Source of the DNA: Pseudobdellovibrionaceae bacterium
Lineage (GTDB): Bacteria; Bdellovibrionota; Bdellovibrionia; Bdellovibrionales; UBA1609
DNA length: 59,332 nucleotides
Direction: 5' to 3'
NCBI GenBank assembly: GCA_043720065.1
Contig: JAYSTF010000131.1
Span: 1 to 59,332, forward strand
Below are positions 57,364-59,332 of this stretch, one piece after another; the stretch's first letter is position 1, and the number at the start of each line of letters is the position of its first letter. A model generated the notes under the pieces. That model was not told the origin of the DNA. It ran no database searches and saw only the letters and a program-made list of their open reading frames with translations. The position numbers and the translations under genes are program-made.

Positions 57364-57945
57364 ATGGCACACGCTCATTTAGCCCTTAATCCAACTATAA
57401 TTCGGCTTGCCGATCTTCCTACCGACGGTCGAAGGTATGTTTATACGAACGAATCCGCGGAACTTACTCCCTTCATTACTGATTTAATTGGCAAGAATCC
57501 CTACCGTGTTGAAATCGAAGTGAAACCAATGGGGAACGTCTATTCGGCTGAGGGCAAAGTACAGACGGGTCTTGATGAGATTTGCTCGCTATGTGCGATT
57601 GATTTTATCCAGCGGGTGGACGAAAAATTCCAAGAGATTTTGGTTATCAACGACCCAGAAACGCCAGAGGGGCATCAGGCCAGAGTAAATCATTCCTCCG
57701 AGCTTAACTTGGATGGCCCAGAGTGCACGGAACTTAAGAGCGATTTGTTTTTAGTTGGTGATTTTATTCATGAAATTATCGCCATTAATACCCCAATGAA
57801 ACCGCTTGGTAAGCCCGGTTGCGATTCGACCTGCGAGAACTACCAGGAGGCCGTGAACAAGGGCTGGCTACAGGCCGCGACCGAGGCGGAGCCGAAGGGC
57901 CCAAACCCTTTTGCGGTACTTAAGGATCTGAAATTAAGAGATTGA
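57364..57945 (+). CDS. yceD: DUF177/YceD protein
   Basis: CSLC, PMKPL..C...C, NPFAVLKDL; upstream of rpmF. Confidence 0.85.
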   Translation: MAHAHLALNPTIIRLADLPTDGRRYVYTNESAELTPFITDLIGKNPYRVEIEVKPMGNVYSAEGKVQTGLDEICSLCAIDFIQRVDEKFQEILVINDPETPEGHQARVNHSSELNLDGPECTELKSDLFLVGDFIHEIIAINTPMKPLGKPGCDSTCENYQEAVNKGWLQAATEAEPKGPNPFAVLKDLKLRD

Positions 57946-58022
57946 TTTCACAGGGACTTTTGTTATTACTAGCACCCTTCCGTAGAATTTTTAAGTTAAC
58001 TGTCAACACTAGGATTTAGGTT

Positions 58023-58202
58023 ATGCCTACACCAAAAAAGAAAACATCGCGCTCAAAACGCGACATGCGCCGATCCCACGATTTTCTAACAGTTCCCACT
58101 GTCAGAAATTGCCCGAACTGCAGCGCACTGATGCGACCTCACCATGTTTGCCTGACTTGCGGTCACTATCGTAGCCGTGAAGTCGTCGCAAGCCAGGCCT
58201 AA
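58023..58202 (+). CDS. rpmF: 50S ribosomal protein L32 (not in ORF track)
   Basis: [34 protein letters not shown]. Confidence 0.95.
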   Translation: MPTPKKKTSRSKRDMRRSHDFLTVPTVRNCPNCSALMRPHHVCLTCGHYRSREVVASQA

Positions 58203-58217
58203 GAGTTCACGAGCAGC

Positions 58218-59225
58218 ATGACAAGCAACCAGGGCGGACTTTTTCGATCTAAGATCGCTGCAACGGGTTCCTACCTACCCGAACGTCGGCTAACGAACGC
58301 CGACCTAGAAAAACTCGTCGATACCAATGACCAGTGGATCCTTGAACGCACAGGAATCTCTGCTCGGCGAATTGCGGCCGAGGGTCAATACACTAGCGAC
58401 CTCGCTCTAGAAGCCTCTCGCAGTGCCCTTGAAGCTGCCGGTTTAAATGCCCAAGATCTCGACATGATTTTAGTCGCCACGGTTTCAGGCGATATGGTGA
58501 TGCCTAATACGGCCTGCATTCTTCAGCGAAAACTTGGCGCCCGAGACATTATGGCTCTCGATATTTCCGCCGCCTGTTCTGGCTTTGTTTATGGTGTCGG
58601 TATTGCCGATCAGTTTATTCGTACTGGCGTTTATCGCCACGTTTTGGTGATTGGAGCTGAGGTTCTACACCCGTACATTAACTATAAAGATCGCGAGACT
58701 TGCATTCTCTTTGGCGACGCGGCTGGCGCGGTCATCATGAGCCGCGCCGAAAAAGGCGATGCGTCGCAAGTCTTCAGTACCCATCTCCATGCCGATGGTC
58801 AAATTTCTGATTTGTTTGTTCTCCCTGCCGGCGGCTCGCAGATGCCCTTTAGCCAGCATGTTTTAGACAACGATCTTCAGTATGTGAAGATGAAAGGTCG
58901 GGAGATATTCAAGCACGCCGTTCGCACAATGTCGCAAGCTTGTGAAGAGGCTCTAAAGGCAAACAACATGGCGCCTGAGGAAGTTTCTTGGGTAATTCCT
59001 CACCAAGCAAATGTTCGTATTATTGAAGCTGTCGCGAAGCATTTTGGCATTTCCATGGATCGCGTTGTAGTAGAACTTGAGGACATGGGAAATACGTCGG
59101 CCGCGACAATTCCCGTCGCATTCGATAAGGCTGTCCGCGATGGCCGAATTAAGCGGGGCCAAAATATTTTACTTACGGCCTTCGGCGCCGGCATCACCAG
59201 CGGCAGTGCCCTTTTGAGGTTTTAA
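58218..59225 (+). CDS. fabH: Beta-ketoacyl-ACP synthase III
   Basis: AACSGF, LFGDAAGA, PHQAN, GNTSAA. Confidence 0.96.
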   Translation: MTSNQGGLFRSKIAATGSYLPERRLTNADLEKLVDTNDQWILERTGISARRIAAEGQYTSDLALEASRSALEAAGLNAQDLDMILVATVSGDMVMPNTACILQRKLGARDIMALDISAACSGFVYGVGIADQFIRTGVYRHVLVIGAEVLHPYINYKDRETCILFGDAAGAVIMSRAEKGDASQVFSTHLHADGQISDLFVLPAGGSQMPFSQHVLDNDLQYVKMKGREIFKHAVRTMSQACEEALKANNMAPEEVSWVIPHQANVRIIEAVAKHFGISMDRVVVELEDMGNTSAATIPVAFDKAVRDGRIKRGQNILLTAFGAGITSGSALLRF

Positions 59226-59332
59226 ATGTTTGCAGCAGTCTTCCCAGGTCAGGGCAGTCAACACGTTGGCATGGGAAAGTTTCTGCACTCCGAATTCGCA
59301 ATCGCGAGAGAAACATTCGAAGAAGCTAGCGA
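59226..59332 (+). CDS. fabD: Malonyl-CoA:ACP transacylase, 5' part (runs off window)
   Basis: MFAAVFPGQGSQHVGMG. Confidence 0.9.
   Translation, partial: MFAAVFPGQGSQHVGMGKFLHSEFAIARETFEEAS

Noticed and set aside
769-59197. Numerous 60-160 aa ORFs overlapping longer genes in the ORF track
   Set aside because: Antisense or alternate-frame shadows of well-supported genes, without motifs or RBS

Overview
Bacterial chromosomal segment, most likely from a predatory Bdellovibrionota (Bdellovibrionales-like) organism. This is inferred from gene content: a TIGR02147-type regulator, a Glt/Agl gliding cluster, many signal-peptide hypotheticals and recurrent sigma54 promoters. Housekeeping genes (tesA-ybbA-ybbP, rpsN, rlmE, cdd, apt, yfgM-bamB-like, leucine dehydrogenase, yceD-rpmF-fabH-fabD) are interleaved with secreted hydrolases and a decaying accessory island (about 26.6-32.2 kb). 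A short tyrosine recombinase precedes a compact gliding-motility-like cluster (42.9-54.9 kb). Main leads: (1) a two-ring Clp/Hsp100 AAA+ ATPase with a Sec signal peptide, sharing a short terminal (S/N)C-x3-L motif with two unrelated secreted proteins, a candidate prey-delivered effector/tag system; (2) two dispersed ~1.1-1.2 kb copies of an HNH-nuclease element with a conserved ~230 nt leader, a conserved 36-codon hydrophobic upstream ORF and a 21-bp identical 3' tag, both independently broken in the HNH motif; (3) several unannotated structured RNA candidates and a G-quadruplex-like tract. No rRNA, tRNA or CRISPR array was seen. All calls are by eye, without database searches.
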